From Proteromonas lacertae (taxonomy: Eukaryota): a stretch of 64,000 bases of DNA. Within the stretch, counting starts at the first letter, position 1; each line of letters begins with the position of its first letter. The stretch spans positions 1 through 64,000 of the forward strand of contig NGBS01000029.1 in assembly GCA_002245135.1 (NCBI GenBank), read 5' to 3'. Below, in pieces: positions 52,086 through 64,000 of this stretch. Below the pieces are notes generated by a model. It had not been told where the DNA came from. It ran no database searches and saw nothing but the letters and a program-made list of their open reading frames with translations. The position numbers and the translations under genes are program-made.

Positions 52086-54183
52086 ATGAATCAAGTAACA
52101 CCATATTCAGATGGAAATTACGGAGCAGACACTGATACTTCACAAATCCCTTCACAAACTGTTCCTCAGGTATATTCAAACAATTATAACCTTTTAGATG
52201 ATAAATGATGCAGTAGGAATACATTCTGAGTCAATGTATCTTCTAACGTTTGACGGAGTTGAGGTTTCACTATACAATTTTTATTCAGACTGCAAAAAGT
52301 ATGTTCTTTTATATTTTTAATACATCTTAGACTTGCTTGTGCATTTTTAGAATATGGATTAAATAAACCAGACGTTGTAAATATATGTATGAATAATTCT
52401 GTGAATTGGTATCGAGCCTATATAGCTCCAATGATATGTGGATGTGTTTCTGCACGTATATAACTCCTATTAATCATATAATAGCAATATCTCCAAATTT
52501 CTTAAAAGAAACTAAATTAACAGTATTAAATCAAACAAACGCAAAAGTTATATTTTGCGATACAGAGGCACTGGTAAAAGAGTATCTATCAATGGAGTCA
52601 CAATTAAATAATTACCCAATAATCATTCACACAACCTCAGAAACAATAAAAGGAACAGAAAGAATCAAAGTATATAAATTCGAAGAATTTCTACATTATT
52701 CCGACAAATATGATTCAAGTAAATTAGACAAAATAATCAGAGGAATAGATACAGGACAATGTGCTGAGATTGTATTTACATCAGGTGCTACAGGTGTTCC
52801 AAAAGGTGTAATGTTGAGTCATGATAATATCACCTGGGTTAGTCGAACATTTCGAAGTTATGTTTCATCAGATCAATATTATGAATCTAATAATTTTAGT
52901 ACTCTATTAGTCTCACCATTATGTCATATTTCTATACAAATATTACAAGTATTTGTACCAATGCTAACAGGAATGGTTATATATCTGATTAATAATGAGT
53001 TGAATATAGAGAATATAATTAATTCTCTGTTGATGGTTACACCTACATTTTTAGTTGGATTTCCTTGGGTTTATGAAGGTCTATTTGATCTATATAAAAG
53101 ATATAATATGGGATTATCTGTATAATATTTTACATTTAATTTATATATATTTAATAGCCTTATATGAAGAAGAATTATGATAAAGCCTTAACACAAGGAG
53201 CATTAGTAGCTAACAATCGAGAATTCAATACTACAAGACAAGAGACAAGCTGTATGTTTGGTATTTATAACAGTTGGATATTACAGAAACTATCTCAACA
53301 ATTTGGACTAAATCGAGTAATGATGGCAATAACAATAGGTCGAAGTGCTGATCCAGAATTTTTATGTTTTTTCAACTCAATTGGAGTTCCATTATTAGAA
53401 ATGTATGGTAGTTCGGAGACTACTGGTTTTGTTACAATGAACCATATTGATAAATGTAAAATTTATACTGTTGGATGTAAACTGCCAGGAATTCAAACTC
53501 AACAAATAGAAGAAACTGGCGAATTATTGGTTAAAGGAAGAAATGTTTTTATTGGCTATTTACATAATAAAGAATTAACATCAGAATCTTTTGATAATAG
53601 AGGTTATTATAAGACAAGAGATTGTTTATTAAGTGATGAAGATGGATTTATGATTGTCGCAGGAAGAATGAAAGAATTAATAATGCCAACTGGAGGAACT
53701 AATATAAGCCCAACCACTATTGAATTTACTATACGTAGTTTATTACCTGTTGCTGATTATATATTTGTATATGGTGATGGTAAGAAATATCTAAGTGCCT
53801 TGGTTACGTTAAAGTGCTCATCTCACCCAGATGATCCTTCAAATGATTTGTTAACTGATGATGTGGTGATGGTATTGAAATCTATTAGGTCTATAGCTAG
53901 AACTAGTAGGGAAGCTATCTGTGACCTTCAATTAGGTAGATTTATTCAAGATACAATTTCTCTGTATAATTGCGAGTATGCTGCATCGCCTGATCATTTT
54001 ATTAGGAGATGGGCGTTATTACCTCATCCTTTTAGTATTGAAAATGGTGAATTAACATATACTCGTGAGTTGAGAAGGAAAGTGATTGAAGAAAAGTATA
54101 AAGATGTGATTGATTCACTATATACATACAAAGAAAGTTGTTTAGTTGATATACCTTATCATCCTAACCAAAATGAAAATTAA
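52086..54183 (+). CDS. ACSBG: Long-chain acyl-CoA synthetase, bubblegum-like
   Basis: FTSGATGVPKGVMLSHDNITW, YGSSETTG, GRNVFIGYL, GRMKELI..GGTNISP. Confidence 0.85.
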
Positions 54184-54351
54184 AATAATAGGAATATATA
54201 ATCATTTCGCAAAATAATTCTCTTATTTATATTAAGTAATTGTTGTGTATATTTCAAAATAAAAAATTATTGAAACGGCTCTTTTTTAGAAATTGAATTT
54301 TTTGAATTTTTTTCTCTGCTGATTGTTAGACTAATTTAAAAATAAATTGAA

Positions 54352-56310
54352 ATGTCAAATAGTGAAACGAGTATTATTTTTATTTTATTTACTTAGCTGA
54401 ACTACATTCTGATACAGAAAATGACAATGTTGAAGAGGAAGGCTCAAATCCATTAGCAGACTTGATTGTTCCATCTGATACTGAGGTGTTAGAACCACCA
54501 AAACCAATAATTGAAGGAACTTTCACATTCAAAGAAGAAGAGTCTTCTGAATCAAGTGAAGAGGAAGAAGAAGAAGATGATGATGATGATGGAATAGAAA
54601 TAGGCTCAAATCCAGACGCTTCAAAACAAAATGTAAAAAAAGAAGAATTAATACCACCTACAACAACAAAGAAAGCAAAAAGAATACAAATAACCAAAGA
54701 TGGAGTAACGTTCCCCAGAAAAAGAGAATAATAAAAAAGAAGAAACTACAGAAAAAGTAATAACTGATGATTTTTGGGGAAAGCCAATAGTGTATAAAAA
54801 ACAACAAAATAAAAATTCAAAGAAAAAAGATGAACCTGCATTTGAAGATGAAAAACAATTTGAAGCTGATTTAAAAACATCTATTGTAGAAAAAGGAAGC
54901 TGAAGCTCATTTGAATGTAACAGAAAAAGATGAAAATGATGATGAATTTGTAGTTGAAGAATCTACAGGACCAGTTGAGTATTATTGTTAATTTATTGTT
55001 TTAATGAATAGAAAACCAGATTTAGAAGCAATTAAAAAGAAAATTAAAGAAGAAGACAGTAAAATGCCAGAAATACCCAAGTCAGGAAACAACTGAAGAA
55101 ATAAAGCCAAAGGTAGAAGAAAACCATAAAGAAAAAGTAGAAGAAGAAGATATTAAACCACTTACATCAATTCCATTAACAGAATTATCAAAATTAATGC
55201 AAAAAGATGCAAATAAAATAGATAATGATAATGATGATGAAAGTAATAAAACAGATAAAGAAAAAGATAAGAAAAAGAAAGAGGTAGAAAAAGAACCTGA
55301 GTTTTTAGTTGATAAAAAGAAGTATATATATATATTATTGTATTATCTTTTTAGAGAATTGGACGCTATAGTTGAAGATGAAGAAGGTGATGAAGAAGAA
55401 GATGATGATGAAGATTCAGATAATGAAAATCAACAAACAATCACACAAAGTAATGTAGAAATCTCAATTCCAACAAATCAAGATGGTTCAATAGATAATC
55501 TTCCAAAAGTTACAGAAACAAATGAAGAAGAGGATGAGGAAGAAGAAGATGAGTTTATTAAAAGAGAAAAGAGATTACTGGAAGATCAAAAAGTATTTGA
55601 GCTTAATACAAAACAGATTACATTTGCTACTCAAGATAGTAATAATAATAATAATAATAATAATCAAAATAAGAAGGATAATTCTGTAGAAAAATCTCAA
55701 CCACTACCACCAACTCATCAACCTCAACAAACTAATACCAAGCCAAGAAACGTTGCAAAATATAAAGATATGTTCAATTATTTCACCAAGTTAGATAAGA
55801 GTAAATACAATGATTCAATAGTAATTGATGATGTATCAGGTTATGGATGTTTCGCTGTATTTACACTACCAAAATTACATCAAAATCTTCAACCATCTTT
55901 ACCTAATATTTTCCTTATAGCTAAATGTTCAATTAATGAGAATGATTTACACTATTTATCATTACTCCAAGCTATTCATTGTAACATAACAGGTTCAAGT
56001 AAAGAAGTCACAAGATATGGAGGTCATTGGGTAGGAATTGGATTTCAAGGGAGTGATCCAGGTACTGATACAAGAGATACAGGAACTTATGGATTATTGC
56101 AATTATTATATTTATCTGAAAGTAATAAAGAATTGATTCATAATTTATATGTTTTATCACATGATCTTAAACAGAATTTCCCATTGTGTTGTGTTGGTAT
56201 TAATATTACTTTAGCGTTATTGAAGTTGTTAAGAGAAAGGAAGTTGTATAAAATATGCAATAAACACAATAGTATAGAAGATGCAATGAATTTGGTATAT
56301 TTTATTTAAT

Positions 56311-56341
<31 letters not shown>

Positions 56342-56531
56342 TGATAGATTTATGCAGCTTGTATGAATATGTTTTATTTGAAATGGAAAAACGAGAAATT
56401 GACTATTGAAAAATTCCAATATGGTATATATTATTAATCTAATGTAATTAGCACTTGAGTTTGTAACACACAGTGCAGAAAAGAAAGCGGAAAGTATGAT
56501 ACAAGAGTATACTTCATCACTTAAAGGTTAA
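54352..56531 (+). CDS. ELMO-domain protein (ELMOD-like) with long acidic N-terminus; three apparent +1 frameshifts
   Basis: RYGGHWVGIGFQGSDPGTDTR..GLLQLLYL..QNFPLCCVGINIT; shifts at about 54714, 54893 and 55076. Confidence 0.8.
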
Positions 56532-56680
56532 ACATAAAAATTGTTCTATTTTACCCTATTTTTATGTTGATGTGATAATTATGAAATATATTCATATTTA
56601 TGCATAATTGCGCTTATCACATAATAGTAAAAACATTCCAAAATAGTTGACGCACAAAACTTGAATATTGCTGAAAAGGC

Positions 56681-56987
56681 GGCATGTAACTGTTTTAACA
56701 CAGTTGTCATTTATCTTCCATATTAATAATATGTGTTACATTCAAATGACACTGCCAGAATAACTGAACGTATCACTTAGCGGTATTAAAAGTTCAGTTA
56801 CAAATTTCTTAGAGTAAAGATTCAACCCAGCATTAATACCATATTCTGAACATGTATACAAAATAGATGTTTGTAAGAATATTTCCATAACGAAATATAA
56901 AAATTAAACGATTTCCCAAGATGAAACTGTTGCTTTTCTATCTCAACATATCTTGCAAAGCATTCTTTCATACCCCAGAAATGCTTT
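56681..56987. ncRNA. Candidate structured ncRNA, class unknown
   Basis: Six adjacent stem-loops in an intergenic stretch with no credible ORF. Confidence 0.4.
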
Positions 56988-57105
56988 TCAAACACACAAA
57001 TAAGTGAGCAAAGAAAGAAATAAAGTCAGTGTTTCAATAAATATAATCAAACTTCTGGTTTGATTTTGAATTTTGAGTGGGATTTCTAACAACTGTTTTA
57101 CAATC

Positions 57106-59511
57106 ATGTCTTCAGACCATTATTCTATATCTAGGTATATATTACATATATTAACTTTCTATTCTATTACCTACTTGTAATCGCATACGTAAGTTTTTGA
57201 AATTTCTTCGTTGCGATTCTACTGATCCTTCTCTAGTTACTATATAATTCTTTATTATACTCCAATAGGAAAAACGCAAAGAGGAATCGTCTAGGAGGTG
57301 ATGCTGGAAAAGATAAAGGAACTTTTAAATTCACAATTCAAGATATGCCCAACTCTTGTGGTATTTTGTGATTTTTTAACATATAGCTCTATATGGACTT
57401 AGTCAGCAAGAAATTGAGAAGGATTTTCGAAAAATAAAGGGAAAATTAAATAACGTATAAAATAGTAAATTATTCGATTAGGGAGATTATAAACCAGATG
57501 ACGGTATATACATTCCAACAACCCAATATTATGGAAGAAGCTTTCCTCAAAACGAAGTAAGACATTTAGATTGGGGCGAGATGGCAAATGATCCAAATTT
57601 TCAAGCAGTATAACCTATTACTATAATACAATCTAATATAACAAATAGATACAAAATTATGAGGGTGATGAAGAATTATTAGCTAAATGCTTATTAGAAA
57701 CTCAAAGAAAGAGAGAAACAGCTAATCTTCGTTATATGGCACTACGTCAAGCATATATGGAAGAATTAATATACCTACAACAAGAAAAGAAGACATCAAT
57801 TGAAACATTGAATTTGCTGAACTTGGAGATAAAATCATTAAACAAGGAAGTAGAACATTTACACTGTGCTACAATGAATAATAGAAATATATTCACCAAA
57901 ATCCAATTTTTACAAAACAAAGTGAGAGAATTAGAGTTGAAGAATAATGAATTAGAAAAACTACAATCATCTGTAGATAATAACAATGTGATATCATCAA
58001 TTACATATAATCCGCATACAATGGTAATCACTCCATTCGGTGAAGGAGAAGTTATTGAACAATTAAACTCTAAAGAAGTGAAAGTTCAATATCCATTTGG
58101 GTTTGGCTTGATAAATATTAATTCAATTACACCTTATATTAATCCATCATCTACCAATGAGAAACGAAGTAGAAATAACCATAATAATAATAATAATAAT
58201 TTAGAAAATGAGATTGAAAATGATTTAGAATGTGAAGGTATTGAAATTCCTTCAATTATTACTCAGCCAATGCCAACTAATCAAAATTTTCATTTCTATA
58301 GTCAAACAAATAGTGAGATACCTTATAACATTGATTTATTATTAAATTGCTGTATTGATGATGATTCTAAAGTATTATCATTAATTCGTATATATATATA
58401 TATATATATATTATTTATTTATTAGAAAGTCGACATACTGTCAATCCTGATTATGAAAAGTGGGAAAATGATAAACAAAAGTTAAAAGACATTCAAGGTG
58501 AATATCGAAGAGCAGAAGAAGCTAATTTCCTATTATTATCAACTCAAAAACAAGTCTATCAAAGCAATGAAATGATGAAACAGAAATTAGATAGTTGTAT
58601 TAGTGATTTACAACAATTAAGACAAGATAATAAATTTTTGCAAGATAAATTAGAAAGTTTAACAGGTCAAAAATGGAAAGGAATTGATAATATTCCACCT
58701 CAATTAGATTCAAGACAATTTCATCAGCATGAACAATCTAATTTTGTACCTCCACCACAACAATCATTACAACAAGATGATATAGAAAATAGCAGTGTTC
58801 ATACAACATCTAGTACAAGTAGCAATAAAAACCATCGTCATAATAATAATAATAATAATAATCAAAATAACAACAATAATTTAGAAGGAGATGATGAGAA
58901 AGAAGAAGATGAGCCAGTACCATATAACTTCATGTCTGGTTTAAAACAAACAAAAATAATTGAAGAAAGTAATTCTAATGAAGGAAATGAGAAAAATGTT
59001 GAGAGTGAAATAGGTGAAAGTGAAATCGAACAGAATGAGAATGATAAAGAAGAAATGATGTTGGAATCAGAAACTGAAAATGAAATTAATGTCAAAACTG
59101 AAAAGAAACAAATTAATAATAATAAAGAATATGATAATAATAATAATAATGATATTATTAAAATAAAAGAGGAGAAAGATAATAATGATAAAGAGAATGA
59201 AAAGAGTAGTACAACGCCATCAACAACATCTGAAGAAGATAATAACAGTAAAGACAATAATAGTGGTAAAAATGATGATGCTAAAGAAGAGAATTTTTCC
59301 CCTTCTCATACTAGAAAAGGTGGATATAAGAGAAGAAGAAATTCTAATAGTATATTATTATATATTATTGATTTAATTCTAAATAGAAGATGCAAATGAT
59401 TTGTATGAAGAAGAGAGTAGTAGTAGCAGAAAGAAAGCTAAAATGTCTGATGATGAAAATGAAGATAATCATCCAAATAGAAGAATGTCAAGACGAAAGA
59501 AGAGAAATTGA
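57106..59511 (+). CDS. Hypothetical coiled-coil protein with SH3-like segment and acidic/basic tail; 5' exons uncertain
   Basis: Short introns link exons from about 57270 through ORFs 57736-58425 and 58572-59399 to TGA 59509-59511; VITPFGEGEV..VKVQYPFG. Confidence 0.6.
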
Positions 59512-59738
59512 AGAAATTGGTGGAATAGATTGTCTTTAAGTATTATTAATAATTACATAATTGATATTCTATATTGAAAGATGTTTTTGTTTTGTTTCAT
59601 TGGTTTATAAATAAAGAAATAAAATTACTATGGAAAGACAGAAAATGATTTGAGGCTTGATTTTCTTTTCCTTTTTTTTAACTCAAATAGAAACAAAATA
59701 ACTACAAAAATAACATTTATCTTTACTTTAACAAACAT

Positions 59739-61203
59739 CTATTTAACACTTGGAGTTTTTCTAGGTGTATTTCTTTTAGATGAGTAAATACCAAGATCAA
59801 CCTCTCTATTTCCAGTATGCAGATTTACTTTGTTTTTATTCTCTATTATTTCACTTAAAGCATTAATTCTCTCAGCAATTTCATAGAAATAAACATGTTT
59901 ATTTTTCTCATCTTCAATACCCTTATTTTCTTCATTTTCTATCTCTTCAAAGTCAATTCCCATAAAAGCAATAACCTCAGGTATATTCACTTCATAATAT
60001 AACTGTTGGAATATCTTTGCTTCTTTAATTTTATCTTTTACAGAGAATGCTTTATCAACACGTTCAATCCATGATTTACAATGTTCAAAACTACCAACTT
60101 CTATTGATTGATCTAGAATATAACTATTATCTTCATATTCTTCTTCTTCATCAAAATGTAAATCACTGTCAATATCAATATTTAATCTATTAAGTTCTTG
60201 TGATAACAGTGAATAAATCATCTGATAATCAGGTTCACTATCATATTCTAAAGTGTTTAAATAATTCATTATATTAATCCAAATATCTTTACCAGGACAA
60301 CCTTCTAACTCTTTGTTCACATTATCTTCAAATCGTTTCTTCAATTGACCAGTCTTTTCTTTATCCTCCTGACATTTCTGCCATGGCAATTCAATGAGGA
60401 AATCAAGAATTGTGTATATATAACTCCATAAGTCATCTTTTCTACCTAAATCCAATAATTGATGAGCTGAAAAGGATGCATATTTGTGAGTACCTCTAAA
60501 TGGAGCAGATAAACGAGCTATTAATATATAATATAATATATATATACCTGGTCTCATTGATCTAGTTTTTAAGTCTATATATTGTTTACATAATCCAAAA
60601 TCTACAATGAAAATTCTATTTTTATGTTCATTGAGACCTGTTAGGAAATTGGTTGGCTTTATATCACGATGAATATAACCTGCTTTATGAACTTCTTCTA
60701 TGCAATGCAACATCTATATAAATTATATAAATTTTTAATTCTTTTCGGATATATACTTTAATTCCCAGTTTCAATACAGTCTCATAAGGAAAATGATTGG
60801 GTTGCATGTCGTCTCGTATTTTTCCTAAACTAGGTCCAGCTAATTCCATAATTAGAAATTTATACTCACCTTCATCCCTATAAGAATATATAATATAATG
60901 CATGCTTATATTCAATATATCTACATATGGCATCACTATCCTTCAATGCCTCGAATACTAAGCTTTCTGTAAATAATGGACCTTGCAAACCATTTTCTAT
61001 TCGCATTATATACAAATACATAGATACCCATCTTCTCTACTTTAATAGCAACAAGATTTTGATCAAAGATTCTTTTTGCGCAATAGACTTGAGAAAAGGT
61101 TCCCTAAAAGAATTAACTTGATGAAATATACTCTACCGATGATCTGAAGGATTTTATAATTTAAAACTATTATATCACCTTCTTTGTAGTAATCTTTTGA
61201 CAT
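59739..61203 (-). CDS. CK1-group kinase, tau-tubulin kinase-like
   Basis: IGR/GTFSQVY, VAIKVE, MELAGPSL, HRDIKPTN, DFGL, FRGTHKYAS, LGRKDDLWS. Confidence 0.88.
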
Positions 61204-61320
61204 TATAAAAATCAAACTTATCAAGCTGAAAGTGGCTGACTTAAAAAGAAACACGACTTTTACTTGGAAGGATTTGAGTTGCGGTCTAATTTATTTTCTT
61301 TTATAACTCTTTATTTATTA

Positions 61321-62365
61321 ATGATACCATTACTTTCCAATAATAAATCAGATAATGCTGATAATATTTCCAGTTTGCCACTTGAAGATTCTGTTTCTCT
61401 CTCTGAATGGAATAGTCAGACTTCAAAGAAACGTAGTGTTGATAAATTCCAAGTATTATAATATATAATAATGAAATATTTATAGATATTAAGAAAAACT
61501 GAATTATGTAAAAACTATTTATTAGGAAACTGCCCTAGAACCAAAGGTAAGATGAAATCAATTAATATATGAAGATACTTGTGCATTTGCTCATGGAGAA
61601 GAAGATTTACGAAGTGTAACAATTGAAGAGAAAGGTAGATTGAGATTAGTACCAAGTGCAAGAAAGTGGAGAACGGAATTATGTTTTAATTATACTAAAA
61701 CAGGTAAATGTCGTTATGGAGAGAAATGTGCTTTCATTCATGATGAAGCTGCATCATTAAAATGTCGTGGAATTCCTTTAAAAACCGTATTGAAAGAAAT
61801 TATAGAAAAAGGATCTTCTGCAGAAAATGTACAACAAGTACCAAGTGTTTATCATAATATATAGACTGATATTGAAACAGCATCTTCTGATGATAGTCAA
61901 CTTGAAAATGTAATGGAAAAATCACTTAATTTTAATAAAAAACCTTCAAAACCATCCAAAACCTATTCATATCCTCATCTTCACACACTTACTCAAAATA
62001 ATAACTCATTTAAGTCAAATCATTGTTCTCCTCGTGTTAGAACAAATACATTACCAAATATTGTATATAATACAGCAGTTACACCATCTCCTCCACCTGG
62101 ATTCGATAGTAATAATGAAAACGTTAATACTTCTCCAATAACTCCTTATCAGTTTTCAGCAGCTATTGAACCACCAGTTAATCACAGACAAAATCAGCCA
62201 ACTGTATATCCTTCATACCAATTGTTTGATAATTCTACTAATAATCAATTTTTATACCAACCGAAGATAAATGAAGAAGAAGAAAAGGAAATGGAAAAGG
62301 AGAACATTCCTAGTAGAGAAGAATTATTTCAAATGTGGAATAATTTTGAAATTTCTGATAATTAA
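61321..62365 (+). CDS. Tandem CCCH zinc-finger (TIS11/TTP-like) RNA-binding protein
   Basis: RKTELCKNYLLGNCPRTK/DTCAFAHG and WRTELCFNYTKTGKCRYGEKCAFIH. Confidence 0.85.
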
Positions 62366-62486
62366 TTTGTATTTTTCATCTGTAAATCAATATCTATTAT
62401 TTCTCTGTTTTTAACTCAATTTAAATAAACATAACATAAAAACAATAATAGATTATATATATAGATAATAGTTATTTTTTTAATAA

Positions 62487-63968
62487 TTAAGCTGGTGCAG
62501 AGTCAGATGCTGCTTCAGCTGCAGGTGCAGGCGGAGGAGGTGGTGGTGGTGGAGCAGCAGCAGCAGCAGTATCATCTGCTGGTTTAGCATCACCACCTTC
62601 TGTTTTAGTCTCACCTTCTTTATTTTCATCTTTCTTATGTCCTCTTTTCGTCTTATGAACTTTCTTCTCTTCACTACCAGCACCAGGAGCACCACCATCC
62701 ATATTCAATCTAATATTAGTCTTCTTCAATGCTTCACGACGTTTAACACACTTCTCACATTGACAATTTCTAGGATGAATAGCGACTTGAATCTTCTTTT
62801 TAGCTTCAGCCATATCTAAATGAGTATCTTTAAAGTCTTGAATATCTTCAGGTGATCTATTATTAGCCCAATATCTCATTTCAGTTACATAACCAGTAAA
62901 CTTCAAACCAAAATACAAACCATCTTCACCTTCAGCTATTCCACTCTCACCTGGATCTTCAATATCTCCTTCACCCACAACAGTACCATTCGATAACAAT
63001 CGACAGTGTGGAATTTCACCAGTTGTATCTAATGTTACAGCTATATGAACCCATTGGTTAACAGGGAAATTAGCTGGAGGATCTTGTTCTTGACCTGCTT
63101 CTTTCTCGCGTGGTTTTGTAGAGATTGATTGTTTGGATGTTGCAAATGTAAATTCAGTACCAACAGTAGTTAATGTCCATATTGGTTTATCTTTCTTACC
63201 TCTTAATAAGATTGTCTGTTCAGTATCAAATTCTTTCTTAATCCACATTTCATAGGTAAATGCTTGACGTTTAGTTGATTTTTCACCAAAACCTAAAGCT
63301 AATGTTGATTTCTCTTTAAATGCAAAAGTTACAAAACCTTCACCTCTTTCTTCACCATTAATACCAACACATAAAGTACTCTGTTTCTTCACTTTACCAG
63401 CTTCACCAGGATCAACAGGTGCATCACATTCAATATAACTATAAACACCAGTTATAATGCCATTATTAGTATGTTTACTAGTATCTATCAACATACGGTT
63501 TGGTTTTTCAGTATCATCTTCATCGCATCTCCAATAGCCAACAATTGTATCTTCACCTTCCACACCAATAGATGGACCAAGATCCAAACCACCTTCACCA
63601 CCTTCTTCATCTTCATCTATTTCTTTTTCTAATGGTTTTAATGCACCTACCCAACTGGATATTGTATCTAATATTAATTCAGGACCAACTGTCTTTAATG
63701 GTTCGGTTGGTGGTTCAGGTTTAATCATCTTATGAGCTGTATTATTAGTTGGGAATGGAGGGAATCTTGTAGTCTTTTCTATTGTTATTAATTGTTGATT
63801 TCTAATAGGTAAATCTAATGGTGATTCTTGTTTCTTTGATTTTAAATCTTTCTTCTTTTCTAATAAAGCACATGCAGTCATATATACATCACCTAATTTA
63901 TTATGAGATCTTCTCATTATTTGTTCTAGTAATGGTTTTGATATTTTAGTCTGTGACATGATTAACAA
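62487..63968 (-). CDS. C-terminal part of a protein with a LamG/concanavalin A-like domain; 5' end beyond the window
   Basis: VGYWRCDE..DTSKHTNNG, FTYEMWIK, NQWVHIAVTLD, FTGYVTEMRYW..RS. Confidence 0.7.
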   Translation of the reverse strand: MLIMSQTKISKPLLEQIMRRSHNKLGDVYMTACALLEKKKDLKSKKQESPLDLPIRNQQLITIEKTTRFPPFPTNNTAHKMIKPEPPTEPLKTVGPELILDTISSWVGALKPLEKEIDEDEEGGEGGLDLGPSIGVEGEDTIVGYWRCDEDDTEKPNRMLIDTSKHTNNGIITGVYSYIECDAPVDPGEAGKVKKQSTLCVGINGEERGEGFVTFAFKEKSTLALGFGEKSTKRQAFTYEMWIKKEFDTEQTILLRGKKDKPIWTLTTVGTEFTFATSKQSISTKPREKEAGQEQDPPANFPVNQWVHIAVTLDTTGEIPHCRLLSNGTVVGEGDIEDPGESGIAEGEDGLYFGLKFTGYVTEMRYWANNRSPEDIQDFKDTHLDMAEAKKKIQVAIHPRNCQCEKCVKRREALKKTNIRLNMDGGAPGAGSEEKKVHKTKRGHKKDENKEGETKTEGGDAKPADDTAAAAAPPPPPPPPAPAAEAASDSAPA

Positions 63969-64000
63969 TAATAATTCCCATTCATCTCCTACTAAATCAT

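Noticed and set aside
56669..56685. GCCTTTTC on the minus strand as U5 snRNA loop I
   Set aside because: Does not match the invariant GCCUUUUAC, and I found no suitably placed Sm site.
1..64000. Blastocystis-type stop codons created by polyadenylation (TGTTTGTT motif)
   Set aside because: The complete genes I reconstructed end in encoded stops; no convincing case was seen.
1..64000. Genome-wide stop codon reassignment
   Set aside because: Long conserved ORFs have no internal stops; TAA, TAG and TGA all end genes; ORF breaks are explained by tiny introns or single-base indels.

Overview
AT-rich, gene-dense eukaryotic nuclear DNA with very short spliceosomal introns (about 25-38 nt, mostly GT..TAG), so most ORF-track entries are exons of larger genes. 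Intron size, gene content and surface-protein architecture suggest a Blastocystis-like stramenopile (inference). Housekeeping genes: ASCC3/SLH1 helicase, NDUFA5, TBCB, AP-2 alpha, UTP14, Rab11, IAH1-like esterase, organellar ProRS, SYS1, choline-phosphate cytidylyltransferase, MAP65/PRC1, TsaE, ACSBG-like ligase, ELMO-domain protein, TTBK-like kinase and a tandem CCCH protein. Two accessory blocks stand out. (1) A kinase/pseudokinase-LRR family with a repeated OGFr-like module and decayed copies (2.6-11 kb, 34.5-37.8 kb). (2) A cluster of three type I surface proteins sharing one membrane anchor (38.3-50 kb). One has a WIF-like domain and a degenerate EEP domain. The other two are M11-like zinc metalloproteases forming a head-to-head 2.8-kb inverted repeat with different C-terminal tails. 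Also present: a 601-bp TGT..ACA element with a 5-bp TSD, a BED-finger remnant, two hairpin-rich intergenic regions and several single-base frameshifts that may be assembly errors. All domain calls are by-eye motif recognition, not database hits.
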